A stretch of 63,628 nt of DNA, counting the filler, from Stramenopiles sp. TOSAG23-3 (lineage: Eukaryota): the NCBI GenBank assembly GCA_900128585.1. It is 14 parts of 14 records of this genome, joined end to end, with 100 filler letters (N's around TTAATTAATTAA, not from the genome) between each part and the next. Parts side by side here need not be neighbours in the genome. Positions count along the whole stretch, not along the records: positions 19,493 to 38,851 come from LT642403.1; positions 38,952 to 40,921 come from LT645193.1; positions 41,022 to 42,991 come from LT645194.1; positions 43,092 to 45,061 come from LT645195.1; 10 more parts are not named here. One strand, written 5' to 3'. Below, in pieces: positions 32,665 to 43,509 of this stretch. Below the pieces are notes generated by a model, which saw only the letters and a program-made list of their open reading frames with translations, searched no databases and was not told the origin of the DNA. The first letter of the stretch is position 1. The number at the start of each line of letters is the position of its first letter. The translations under genes and the position numbers were made by a program.

Positions 32665-34014
32665 ATGACCTCCTTGCTTTCCGTGACACCTCCGCGAGAG
32701 GGGGGGTTCCTTGTCCAGACTGGAACCCCGACTTCAAAGGCTGCAGCGACTCCGCTGATCGATGTCTCTGAAGATTTTCTCCGCGATATTCCAAAAACGG
32801 ATTTGCACGTTCACTTGGACGGGTCGTTGCGCATTTCTACCCTCATCGAGCTGTCCAAGAAGATTGGCCAAGAGCTGCCCGCGTACGACGAGGCGGGGCT
32901 CCGAGAAAAAGTCTTCAAAGACACGTATAATAGTTTAGAGGAGTATTTGCGGGGCTTTATGTACACTGGCGGGGTCATGCAAAACGCTGAGAACATGGAA
33001 CGAGTGGCGTTTGAGTTTGCAGAAGACAATTACAACGAGGGGGTCAGGTATTTTGAGGTCCGCTTTGCCCCCCAGCTTCACGCGGACGCCGGGAGGGCCG
33101 GGAAGGCCGCCGGCGGGACAGGCGCGTTCGACATAGTGCAAGTCCTGACGGCCGTGAACAACGGCTTGAAGCGCGCGAGGGAGCAGTTCAACGCCACGTT
33201 GGCCACGGTGACTGAGCCCCCCTACGAGTACGGGATCATAGTCTGCGCAATGCGAATGTTTGAGCCTTTTTTTAGTCGCTACTTTTCCGAACTGTGCAAG
33301 ATGCACCCGTTCGAGGACAAAAATGGCGTGGCGAGCATCGCGTCCATGGCCCTGGTGCGGTCGGCGCTGCACGCCCGGGACGACCTTGGCTTGCCAATTG
33401 TTGCGCTGGACATTGCTGGCGCAGAGTACGGGTATGAAGCCACTGTTCACAAGGCTGCGTACGACTTGGCCCATACGAACTATTTGAACAAGACGGTCCA
33501 TGCGGGAGAAGCGTATGGGCCGGAGAGTATCGCCCAAGCGGTCAAGTACCTGCACGCCGAGCGGATTGGGCACGGGTACCACATTTTCAGCGTTGACAAA
33601 GTTGTTGGAAAACACAACAAATTGAAGGCAAAGCGGTACGTAGACCAGTTAGTTGAGTACGTTTCTGACAAGCGGATTACCCTGGAAGTATGCCTTACCA
33701 GCAACATTCAAACAATGCCAGATTTGGCCGCGGCCGGCTTGAAAGCCCACGCCTTCAGAAAAATGGTAGACAACCGGCTCTCGATCACAATTAACACAGA
33801 CAACCGGTTGGTGAGCAACACTACAACCGTGAAGGAACTGCGCCATGCAATTGAAACGTTTCAACTGACAGGGAAGCAGCTCAGGGACATCGTCATCACT
33901 GGCTTCAAGCGAAGCTTCTTTCCAAGGAAATATGTGGAGAAAAGAACTTACTCCAGAAAGGCAATGAACTACTACGATGCAATTTGCGCAAAGCATGGCA
34001 TTCCAAGCAAATAA
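32665..34014 (+). CDS. ADA: Adenosine deaminase, 449 aa from the likely ATG
   Basis: PKTDLHVHLDGS, EVRFAP, TVHAGE, ERIGHG, EVCLTSN, INTDN. The upstream AT-rich ORF extension (32446-) is probably non-coding. Confidence 0.88.
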   Translation: MTSLLSVTPPREGGFLVQTGTPTSKAAATPLIDVSEDFLRDIPKTDLHVHLDGSLRISTLIELSKKIGQELPAYDEAGLREKVFKDTYNSLEEYLRGFMYTGGVMQNAENMERVAFEFAEDNYNEGVRYFEVRFAPQLHADAGRAGKAAGGTGAFDIVQVLTAVNNGLKRAREQFNATLATVTEPPYEYGIIVCAMRMFEPFFSRYFSELCKMHPFEDKNGVASIASMALVRSALHARDDLGLPIVALDIAGAEYGYEATVHKAAYDLAHTNYLNKTVHAGEAYGPESIAQAVKYLHAERIGHGYHIFSVDKVVGKHNKLKAKRYVDQLVEYVSDKRITLEVCLTSNIQTMPDLAAAGLKAHAFRKMVDNRLSITINTDNRLVSNTTTVKELRHAIETFQLTGKQLRDIVITGFKRSFFPRKYVEKRTYSRKAMNYYDAICAKHGIPSK

Positions 34015-34190
34015 TTTTATTAAAAAATGTTTTAAAACAAGAAAATCGGCTGTTATTTAAAAAATGTTATTTAATGTTAATGTTTTAGAGGTGGAAGACA
34101 AATTTTAATAAATTATAGCGGAATTACCTCGGTAAGTACCTTTAAAAAATAACAGCCAATCGAGTGTACATTGGAATAAAACTTCAATGG

Positions 34191-36938
34191 TCAGACGGCC
34201 GGGGTAAATAGTCTCTGGTTGCGGCCTTTCGATGTGGAAGGGGGTGGCATGTACGGCATGGACGGGCGAGGTGTTTGAGGCCCGTTGCTGGATGGCCCGT
34301 AACGCCCACTACTGCTTCCCGTGCTGCCTCTGTAATTATGACGCATGGGTGATGGTCTTGGGGCGTTAGTGCTCGATTGCATCCAGCGTGGGGACTGCAC
34401 GGAGATGTCCGCACCATTTAGACCCAACACGCCCCCCCCTTTTCCCTTCGCTCGAACCGGTCGTGCAGTTTTAGGGCCTCCGTCCATCCACGAAGGCGTA
34501 TCTTTCGACGTAAACGAGCTATGATTTCCAGACCCAAATTGGTCAACCCGCAACCGGGCCCCAGGCTTGTTCCCAGCCAGGTCCGCAACGCCGACCTCCC
34601 TCGAGTCCAGACGGCTCTTCATCATGCGCCTAGCACGGGGTGATATTGTGCTAGAGGGACCCCACGTTCTCATAGGCATTCTATCTAAATCGTTCTTTGC
34701 AAATGACACACTTCCTTTCATTTTTGTTTGAGGCCGAACCGATGAGGGGCCCTTTGCATTTCCTCCGTACAACAGAATTCCATGCGGAACCTCTCTCTGT
34801 TCGCGGGCCAATTTCGTAATTCGGGGACTGAGATGTTTGCTGGTCCTAACAGTCGCAGGGTTTCCGAACGTTATCGCCCCCTGCATTCCCAGGGGAAGCA
34901 TGTCACCGTCCGCTTTTGCGTGGGATATGGGCCCTTTCATGCTGTCTACAGGAGCCGTTTCAACCGAAGTTTTCTTTATTGAACCCCCCAGAGGAAACTT
35001 GTGCGGAACCTGGGTCTCTGGAGGTTTTACCATCTTGCCGAGACTGCTTGACCGGGTGTTTTTGTAATGGTTGTCGGCCATGGTACAAGGCTGTTTGAAC
35101 ACTCGGGGGTCGCTTTTTAACCCTTTTCCTACTTCGCCTCCCATGAATGTGTGCTTGCTTACGCCCCAGTCGGTGTATTCGTCCCTGGCAATAGGCACGT
35201 GCTTGTTGTGCCGCATCCAGTCCGGTGCACTGTTGGATATAGTAGAATCGCCCCCTTGGCAATGGGAATCAAAGTTAACGGATTTCATCATAAGCTCGCG
35301 CTGGGACTTGTCTTTAACATGGGGAATGCCAGGAATGTGCATGAACGCAGGTGCATTTTCGGAAATTGCTGTGTCTGTAAAGTCTGTCTTCAGATTTTTG
35401 TTCGCGTACCCCCCAAAGGTTCCATTGCCTTGAAATCCGTCCAAAGGCTGCCTTAATGTGCCTTTCTTGGTCGTGGGAATGCCAGGTATATGCATCCACT
35501 GTGGGGCGAGCCTTGATATGGCAGAATCGTCCGGGCAGCTCCCCAATGCTGCTCCTGCTGCACCTTGGAAATCCCTAACTTCGTCCCTCTGGTGGTGAGC
35601 TTTCTGCGGGGCCGGTCTATACATTCGGGGAACGCCAGGAATGCACATGAAATCGGGGACATCGTCGCTGATTGCGCTATCGTCGTTTGCGGCAAACGTT
35701 CTCATACCTGCGCCCGTCGAGGGCGTAAACTCCGTCTTGTGGCCAGTTTTTTTTGCTCTCATCTTACTTTTGGGTACACCCTTGATATGAAAGAAGGATG
35801 GCGCGTCCCCACTTACGGCGGAGTCGTCTAGAACGGCCCCAGACCGTACTCCTAGTCTAGATGGCGTGTAGTCTCCCAGAAAATCTCGCTTCGCCTGTTT
35901 TGTGTTCGGGTCATCCCTAGGGTCTTTGCTGCGCCCCACGCCGGGTATAAGGCGCATCCACCGGGGGGAGTCGCCACTCTCTGCAGTGTCGTCTAACACT
36001 GCGCCCGTCCGCATGCCTGCCGCCCCGACAAAGCATTTATCTCCAAAGTCTGTTTTCCAGCCTTTTTTCGCGTCCCTGATCGGGGGCCGAGGTACGTGCG
36101 GAAGCCGTGTCATCCAATCGGGGCCGTCGCTGGACTGTGCGGAATCGTCCAAAAGGGCCCCAGTTTTGTACCCGGCGGCACCAACAAAAAAATCGTCGCC
36201 AAACTCTGTTTTAAATTTATTCTCTTTCGGTTTCGTTTTGTTTATTGGGATGCGCCGGTTCGTCATCCACCAATTGGGCCCCTCCTCAGACACTGCACTT
36301 TTAGCTAAGCCAAACGTTTGTATAGTACCGGACTTTTTTCCAGCCGTCTTGTTGACTCTCCATTTTCGTATATTGTTTATTTTGTAAGGCGACTCGTAAG
36401 GCGTGTTGACCATGGGGTGCCTCTGTTCCCGAGGTGCCCTCTGCTGAAAGTAGGATTCGCCCGGGGCACCCCCCCTGGGAGACAGGTTCATTGCATCTAT
36501 TGCTGTACTTCTTTGGTGGGGCTTTCTTGCTCGCTCGTGTTGCCATCCTTGGCCGCTTGATGTCGAGGGCGCGTCGCTGTGCCCAGACGACCTCGGGGTA
36601 CTCTTGTTGGACTGGTTTGAGCCATAATACTGCTGCTGCATGTGCTGCCGTTCCTGCCGCAGTCGCTGCTGGTAATGGTGCCGTTGCGGAGGCGTGTAAT
36701 CATGGGCCGATGATTCAGCATTACGTGTGCGTCTGTACGGCCCGCTTGCATTGGAAGGTGGATAAGCTGGTGGAGGGGGACGTTTGCGCTGTGTATTGTT
36801 AAATTGATTCGTCAAAGTTTTATAATAGTTCGACTTCTTCACGGGAGAATTGTAGCTTCCGTAATTGTTCTGGTCGTAGTCCCCAACCGACTCTGCATTG
36901 TGACGATAAAACGACGATAGGTTATCCGTCCGAACCAT
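34191..36938 (-). CDS. Hypothetical low-complexity protein with ~8 internal ~50-aa repeats, 915 aa
   Basis: Long intronless ORF with the recurring motif DD[ST]AxSxxxPx[WF]MxIPG[VI]P. Confidence 0.8.
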   Translation of the reverse strand: MVRTDNLSSFYRHNAESVGDYDQNNYGSYNSPVKKSNYYKTLTNQFNNTQRKRPPPPAYPPSNASGPYRRTRNAESSAHDYTPPQRHHYQQRLRQERQHMQQQYYGSNQSNKSTPRSSGHSDAPSTSSGQGWQHERARKPHQRSTAIDAMNLSPRGGAPGESYFQQRAPREQRHPMVNTPYESPYKINNIRKWRVNKTAGKKSGTIQTFGLAKSAVSEEGPNWWMTNRRIPINKTKPKENKFKTEFGDDFFVGAAGYKTGALLDDSAQSSDGPDWMTRLPHVPRPPIRDAKKGWKTDFGDKCFVGAAGMRTGAVLDDTAESGDSPRWMRLIPGVGRSKDPRDDPNTKQAKRDFLGDYTPSRLGVRSGAVLDDSAVSGDAPSFFHIKGVPKSKMRAKKTGHKTEFTPSTGAGMRTFAANDDSAISDDVPDFMCIPGVPRMYRPAPQKAHHQRDEVRDFQGAAGAALGSCPDDSAISRLAPQWMHIPGIPTTKKGTLRQPLDGFQGNGTFGGYANKNLKTDFTDTAISENAPAFMHIPGIPHVKDKSQRELMMKSVNFDSHCQGGDSTISNSAPDWMRHNKHVPIARDEYTDWGVSKHTFMGGEVGKGLKSDPRVFKQPCTMADNHYKNTRSSSLGKMVKPPETQVPHKFPLGGSIKKTSVETAPVDSMKGPISHAKADGDMLPLGMQGAITFGNPATVRTSKHLSPRITKLAREQREVPHGILLYGGNAKGPSSVRPQTKMKGSVSFAKNDLDRMPMRTWGPSSTISPRARRMMKSRLDSREVGVADLAGNKPGARLRVDQFGSGNHSSFTSKDTPSWMDGGPKTARPVRAKGKGGGVLGLNGADISVQSPRWMQSSTNAPRPSPMRHNYRGSTGSSSGRYGPSSNGPQTPRPSMPYMPPPSTSKGRNQRLFTPAV

Positions 36939-37760
36939 CGCTCGGGACAACTCCAAAATTCTGCAATAAAGTCCAACGAACACACGTGGTAAATAATGTC
37001 CTGAATTGACAAAATCCCATTGTAAAAGACAAAACCTTTCTTTTCACTAGTAAATGCAACGTGCAACTATCTCTACATGACACGAATGGGCATACATTCA
37101 CTCATTCGCATATTATTGATTAATCTATCTACCCAACAACACCGACCCATCCAAACCACCATAACAATAGCACCGTGACCAACGAACATCACTTCTCTTC
37201 ATTGCATTGCGTAGCTGTGGTGGTGTGGTGTGGTGGGTGTGTTAGGTGTAAAATCATTTTTATTAAGTATACATTTGTATAGTCTAATTTCAACGAAGAA
37301 TGAATGTTTACAAGGAGTTTGGAGTTTGGAGTTTACCCTCCCTTTCCTTTTTTCCTTACAATAGATGTTTAAATAGGTAATAGAAAATACAAGTATACAA
37401 AATATTTTCGGAAGGCGGTGTGAAACGGTTGTAAATGGCATATAAATAATAATACAATAGCATTGTCGATGTATTAGTATACCATTCTTCGTACTTGATG
37501 ATAATTAACCTCCTTCGTTGATGTGTTTGATTGTGGATGGTGTGTGGTTCATATAGTGTTTTATATTATTATTATTAATTAGTTGGTAGTCGGTCTAGTT
37601 AGCCCCTATTTAGTAAGTAAAATAAATAAATTAAAAAATAATATTCTACTCTCTGCTGGAAGTACCGTAATGCATATACACAGTAAGTAGTGTACAATAA
37701 CAACAACAAAATAATTAAAAAAAGGATGATGATCATTTTCTCCTTTCGTGATTTTCGATT

Positions 37761-38851
37761 TTATTGTTGGTAATACTCTTCTTCCTCTTCCTCATCATCT
37801 TTCGGTACAAATTTGGGATACCCTAGAGTGCTAGAGAAGTAACTAAACGCTGGAGGTTCTTGCACATGCAGTTTCTCCATAAGCAGTTCTCGCTCACGTT
37901 CACGGACCATAATCGCTTCTTCCCGTTTCTTTGCCCGCAAGTATTCGGCCTGGACTTGTTTCCGCTGCCGTTCTGCCCGTTGGGCAGCCATAAGGTCCGC
38001 TTTCCGGTGGCCACTGGCCTTTTCCAGACCAAGCAACGCTTTCAAACGTTTCTCTTCGATGGCTATCAACCGCTTTTCCTTTCGCAGTCCGTCTAAGTCG
38101 GAGGCTTCCGCCAGTGCCTTCAAAATTATCTCATTTTTTATTTTATTCTTTCGCTGCGTCAGCAACCGCTCTCGTTGCTCCTCTTGCTGTATCCTAACCC
38201 TATTCTCTTCGTCGATGCGCTCGTTTTCAGCCAGCTGGTCGACCAAGAAAGGGGACCGTTCCATTTTTCGCCTCCAAGCGTTTTCCTTCTTTCGCTTCGC
38301 AGTGAGGGACTTGCGGTAGCGCTTTTCCCTCTCCATCAGCATCTGCTGCTTCACCGCGTGCCGCTGCATGAACCGGTTCGACATGATCCGGGCCGACTCC
38401 ATTCGGACGGCCATCCGCGGGTCGGGCATCCTGTCCCTGGGGTCTACGTCGTAATCCCCCTCTTCTAAATAGGAGTCGCCGTCAGATAACTGTTTCTTCT
38501 TCTTTTTCTTCTTCTTTTTACCTCGGCGTTTTTTGAACTTCTTTTTCTTCTTCTTCGTTGTTCCAGTTGTGCTTGACACAATGGAAGACGTCACGCTTTC
38601 CCCGTCGTCTATGAACTCTTCGTCGTCGGAATAGCGCTCGTCTCTCTCTACATATTGGTCTTGTTTGCCTTCCACCGATTCTTCGTAATCCTCCTCTTCA
38701 TCGTCGAAGCCTTCGTCTTCGTAATCGTCCTCTTCTTCTTCTCCCGCCTTTCCTTCTCCCTTGGTTTCTTCTTCTTCGGCGTCAAACTCTTCCTCAGAGT
38801 ACCCTTCCTCCTCCGCCTCAGAACCAATACGTTCCTCAGCAACCTCTTCTT
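37761..38851 (-). CDS. Coiled-coil protein with an acidic N-terminal region, 5'-partial
   Basis: The frame stays open from the contig edge (EEVAEERIGSEAEEEGY...). Contains a poly-Lys tract and RSPFLVDQLAENERIDEE...IILKALAE. Confidence 0.75.
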
Positions 38852-38951
38852 NNNNNNNNNNNNNNNNNNNNNNNNNNNNNNNNNNNNNNNNNNNNTTAAT
38901 TAATTAANNNNNNNNNNNNNNNNNNNNNNNNNNNNNNNNNNNNNNNNNNNN
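38852..38951. other. Artificial contig-joining spacer
   Basis: N44-TTAATTAATTAA-N44. Confidence 0.98.
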
Positions 38952-39712
38952 GTGCCTATGTATTTTTCATCGAATCCAGACTAAATTTATTAATCGTTTA
39001 GCTACCTACCTATACCTATATAATACCTACCTAAACGCACGCAAATTTTTAGTAACAGTATTATAATGTGAATAGGCCTTCAATACTACGCTGAGCCTGC
39101 TGGAATATTTATTTATCCAACACTAAAGGAGAAGAGAGCATCTGAAAAAAAGAAATGCGGTTGTATTGTGCTGTATTTTTGTTTACCGGATAAAAAAGTA
39201 AGCCTGACCTCTACATCTTTACCTGTTCTCTATGTTATTAATCTGAGTAATTTCTTTTCTTGCACCTTGTTATATACGTCGTAGTATTCTATTAATTAAT
39301 CAATATAATAGTCTTTTAAGAAAAATTTCAACTTATATTATTTACGAAAGCTTGTTGGTAATTCCAATTAAAATAAGGCGACTGATGGAGTTGAAACTCA
39401 CCACTCTGTACTTGGTAGAACCACACCGTATTCTATTGATGTTCGAAGTACCGATAGTACCTGTATACGGTACCGGTATCATATTACTGATAAAATATCA
39501 AGGAAGCAGTCGAAAAATAGCCCGATTGCCACATACAAGAGGCATGCAGCATTAATGACTTTTCTATGAGAATACTAAGTAGTATCATATGATAAATATT
39601 AAGAGAAAATCAAAAAAATCTAATAATAAAAATTCGTAAGAATATTGAGAATGACGGTTTTTACATTTTTCGTTCGCTAAAATAAGGAAACAAAGCCCAC
39701 ACTTTCACCGTT

Positions 39713-40921
39713 TTAATTGTCCACCTGAGGAGAGTACCGTGTCCCATCCGCATTTGGACTGGAGCCTTCGGCACCGGGGCTTGAACCATCCGGGCTTGCG
39801 CCATCTGGCGAGGTCCCGCCTGGGCTGAGAGGGCTCGTGGGCGAGTACGCTGGGCTTGTGGGCGAGTACGCCGGACTCGTGGGCGAGTACGCCGGGCTCG
39901 TGGGCGAATACGCTGGGCTCGTGGGCGAGTACGCCGGGCTCGTGGGCGAGTACGCTGGGCTGGTTGGCGAGTAGGCCGGGCTCGTGGGCGAGTATGCCGG
40001 GCTTGTAGGCGAGTAGGCAGAATCTTGGACATCGTCACTTCCCGGCGAATAGAGCGGCGAAGCTTCACCTTCGGTGCTTGACCCGCTGCTTATATCGCTG
40101 TACGCTGGTGAAACTCCAACACCGTAAGTGTCGGGACTAAGCTGAAACCCAGGGCCACCATCGTCATCCGCGCCACCTTGCATATTGGGCGTAATGCCCC
40201 CTTCGCTTTCGTAAGTTGGTGTAACACCACCTTGTCCGTCATATCCAGGCGTCGCACCACCGTCACCATTGTATTTCGGCGTAATATGCCCATAAATGTC
40301 TTCCTCGTCGTCTTCTCCTGTGTCATACTCCATCTCGTCTCCTTTGCCCGGTACCAAATTCGTCGTCTCAATGGTTTCCATCAGTTTTTGTTCGTCTAAC
40401 ATTAAATCAAAAACCCCGGTTCCAAATGGACAAGCTTGGCCCATAAGGATGTTTTCCGATACCCCCTTCAGGGTGTTGCTTTCGGCAAGCGCCGCTGCGT
40501 CAAACAGAATCTCCACCGTCTCCTCAAAGGTGGCACGCTGGATCACACCATGATCGACACGGTTGATACCATTGCGCGGAATCGCCATGAGGTGTCCCCT
40601 GCTGGTCATTGCATCGACTAATGTCGCCAAGTGGCGGTGGTTTACGTACAAACCATACGACTGCAAAATGGTTTGGATCTCTTTAAGAATGGACCCTCGG
40701 CACGCCTCGATCCCCAACACCGCCCCAATTTCACAGATGTCATTGGACACGGTTCTTCTGTGGTCGATGGACGGATGAGCCAGTAAGTCGAGCAGGTTCG
40801 TTCCATCGGTTTCAAGCACCCACTCGTCGTGGCTCTTAAAGCCTTGGCCATGGACGTACACGTTCCTTTTCTTTTCAGACGTGTACACCTTTGTGATCCC
40901 TTGGACCCCACAGAGCTGAAT
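39713..40921 (-). CDS. RPB1: RNA polymerase II largest subunit, C-terminal part including the CTD, 5'-partial
   Basis: EWVLETDGTNL, VLGIEACR, YVNHRHL, FEETVEIL, GVSENILMGQ..PFGTG, followed by heptad repeats. Confidence 0.95.
   Translation of the reverse strand: MQLCGVQGITKVYTSEKKRNVYVHGQGFKSHDEWVLETDGTNLLDLLAHPSIDHRRTVSNDICEIGAVLGIEACRGSILKEIQTILQSYGLYVNHRHLATLVDAMTSRGHLMAIPRNGINRVDHGVIQRATFEETVEILFDAAALAESNTLKGVSENILMGQACPFGTGVFDLMLDEQKLMETIETTNLVPGKGDEMEYDTGEDDEEDIYGHITPKYNGDGGATPGYDGQGGVTPTYESEGGITPNMQGGADDDGGPGFQLSPDTYGVGVSPAYSDISSGSSTEGEASPLYSPGSDDVQDSAYSPTSPAYSPTSPAYSPTSPAYSPTSPAYSPTSPAYSPTSPAYSPTSPAYSPTSPAYSPTSPLSPGGTSPDGASPDGSSPGAEGSSPNADGTRYSPQVDN
39827..40015 (-). repeat. CTD heptad repeat, 9 x 21 bp (8 x YSPTSPA plus 1 x YSPTSPL)
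   Basis: Counted directly in the DNA and the translation. Confidence 0.92.
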
Positions 40922-41021
40922 NNNNNNNNNNNNNNNNNNNNNNNNNNNNNNNNNNNNNNNNNNNNTTAATTAATTAANNNNNNNNNNNNNNNNNNNNNNN
41001 NNNNNNNNNNNNNNNNNNNNN
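40922..41021. other. Artificial contig-joining spacer
   Basis: N44-TTAATTAATTAA-N44. Confidence 0.98.
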
Positions 41022-41571
41022 ACACGAGCACCCATTGAAGAAACAGTCCCACACCCACGAAAACGCCGAGCAGCGACAGCGCAATATTGCTTTGCACATA
41101 CACCTGTTGGTGCATGCAAGTCAGTGCAGGAACGACAAGTGTCCATCTGGAAATTGCAAGAAAATGAAGAACTTGTTGCGGCATGGGCAGACGTGCCAGA
41201 AGAAGGTGCGGGGCGGCTGCAATATTTGTCGTCGCATTTGGGCCTTGTTGCAAATACACGCCCGTGGGTGTCGAGCTCCGTATGGGAAATGTCCGGTTCC
41301 CCGGTGCAGGCAGCTCCGGGACTTTCAACGAAAAGCTAGGATTCAGGAGCAAAACAGGCGTCGCAACCACTTCACGGGTCTGGTGAACAGGAATGCTACT
41401 GCTGCGGCCCAGTCGCAGGCAGCAGCAAGCAGCAGTAGTACCACGACAAAGGAGACAAAAACATCAAAGGCGAGCAAGGCGACCAAGACAACAAAGACTA
41501 AGTCGACAAAGGCCCCGAAGGGAAAGGCGAAAGCTTCCAAAACTGTCCCGAAGAGTAAATCGAAAAAGTGA
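41022..41571 (+). CDS. TAZ zinc-finger C-terminal fragment, probably a CBP/p300-type histone acetyltransferase, 5'-partial
   Basis: HEHPL (end of a ZZ finger) followed by LLVHASQC...CPSGNCKKMK...HGQTC...GGCNICRR..ALLQIHARGC...CPVPRC. Confidence 0.85.
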
Positions 41572-41800
41572 ACGAGGTGTCTTTTGGAAGTGTTCCTTTC
41601 TAATCAATTCGATCGTGTCGTACTGCAATTAAAGGATTCGCGGTACACCGTGAACGTTAGTGTTTCAAAACTAGGAGCGAGAGAGTTTGAATATTTGTTT
41701 TTGTACAAAAAATTAAATAATTAAAACAAAACAAAGTGCATCTAGTACGCGTTTTAAATTTATTAAGGTAGAGAGGGTATTAAATGTACATTTAAAAACG

Positions 41801-41900
41801 AAAAATTGGCTGTTATTTTGTTTTTATTTTCAGTATATCATATGATGATATCATATGTTTTAAAATTTATTATTTACTTAAAAAATGACAGCCAATTTTT
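41801..41900. repeat. Inverted pair of the dispersed AACAGCCAATTTT element around an ATCATATGAT palindrome
   Basis: AAAAATTGGCTGTTATTT at 41801, TGACAGCCAATTTTT at 41886, ATCATATGAT at 41837. Confidence 0.6.
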
Positions 41901-42185
41901 CATAAATAATATATAAAAAATCAAATTTTATATATCTATCATAGTATAATATAGGAGCACTGTAAACTTTTTCTTTTAGAACGAAAACTAAACCATGGTA
42001 TTGGGGGAAACCGAAAATCCTGGCATAAAATAGAAATAAAAAACAAGGAGTTTAAGGCGATTTTCAGAGAGATCAATAGCACAGAAAAAGAAAATCGCTC
42101 CTCGCTGCGTTTTCCCGCTCGCCACTTTTAGAACTCCACGGTTTTTTTCACCTCTCGCACAGGCCAAAATGGAACACGCTCTTTC

Positions 42186-42803
42186 TTAAATTAACTCTAT
42201 TTCATCGAACTCGCCTTCATGATTTCCATGATCCCTTTTCGCATTTTTAAATTTGGACCCCCCTGCAGAATTCCCCGATATTTTGTGCCCTTCCCACGAC
42301 TGTAATATCGCGCTGCTGCGTAACCACATCAGCAGTGAAATGGAAATGTAGCAAGCTGCAAGGACAATGGCAAATATGGACACCCCGCTTTCCGCAGCAT
42401 CTGGGACGTCGTCCTTGTCCTGGACGGCCAAGTCGTGCCCTGTGATTATGGAGATCAAAAGCATTTCACTGGCCAGCATTGCCGAGCTGCCCACGAAGTA
42501 GCCGTACGAAAACCTGTTACGAAGCGTCTTGGAAAATAGGGCTATGGATCCAATGACAGAGTACACGACCGCTGCAAACGTCAAGGCAAACAAAGCCAAG
42601 GATACCGCCCCGATGGTGTCCTTTGCTGAAATGAGGACGAACGCAAAAATTAGAAAACCAATCAGCAGCAATTGAATCGCTGCCCACATGAACATGTACG
42701 AATTTTCTGGAACATAAATTTCCATCCATTCCGAAGCTCGACGGAACCAGCCCGCCATGCAAGCCGCCGCCCCACCGTTTGCAGTTGGTTCCTGACCTTT
42801 CAT
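42186..42803 (-). CDS. Hypothetical four-TM membrane protein, 205 aa
   Basis: Four hydrophobic helices; complete ATG-to-stop ORF in a GC island. Confidence 0.75.
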   Translation of the reverse strand: MKGQEPTANGGAAACMAGWFRRASEWMEIYVPENSYMFMWAAIQLLLIGFLIFAFVLISAKDTIGAVSLALFALTFAAVVYSVIGSIALFSKTLRNRFSYGYFVGSSAMLASEMLLISIITGHDLAVQDKDDVPDAAESGVSIFAIVLAACYISISLLMWLRSSAILQSWEGHKISGNSAGGSKFKNAKRDHGNHEGEFDEIELI

Positions 42804-42991
42804 CCGTGTTAGATTGGATAGTTAGTATACACTGTTGTGGTTTGCAATAGAATTGAGTTCCTTTCCCCTCTTCTTCTTGTTTAAAATTACTATTTTGCTG
42901 TTGTTATCTCGATACGCATTTTCTTTACTAAATTGATTCATTTACTTGCCTATACCAACTTTATTTAATTAAAAGTATACAAGTCAATAAA

Positions 42992-43091
42992 NNNNNNNNN
43001 NNNNNNNNNNNNNNNNNNNNNNNNNNNNNNNNNNNTTAATTAATTAANNNNNNNNNNNNNNNNNNNNNNNNNNNNNNNNNNNNNNNNNNNN
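42992..43091. other. Artificial contig-joining spacer
   Basis: N44-TTAATTAATTAA-N44. Confidence 0.98.
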
Positions 43092-43509
43092 TTCTTCTTC
43101 TTCTTCTTCTTCTTCTTCTTCTTCTTCTTGTTTTTGTTATTATTATATATTATACTAAATAGCAGGCGCCTGTCAAAAAATCCCCTTTTTTTTTTTATTA
43201 AAATTTTATTTACTGTCAGTCGTCGCGTCGTCGCCTTTTTTTTTTTGTCGTTGCGCCTCCTTTTCCTCCTGCCGCCTATCAATCACATCTCAATTTTGAA
43301 TTGAATTAATAAATGTAAGTTTTTATTGTTTGAACTAATTACTTCATATCCGTTTTAGTAGACAAAGTCTTTCTTTCTAAAAAGTATATATTGTTTAGTG
43401 AAGCGAGCCTCGTACGGCGTTGGACGGTGACCGGTGACGATAGGAGCATTTCTTCTTCTTCTTGTGTGCATACATACGAAAACCATAGTAGGTGGTGGAG
43501 GGAGTGAAT

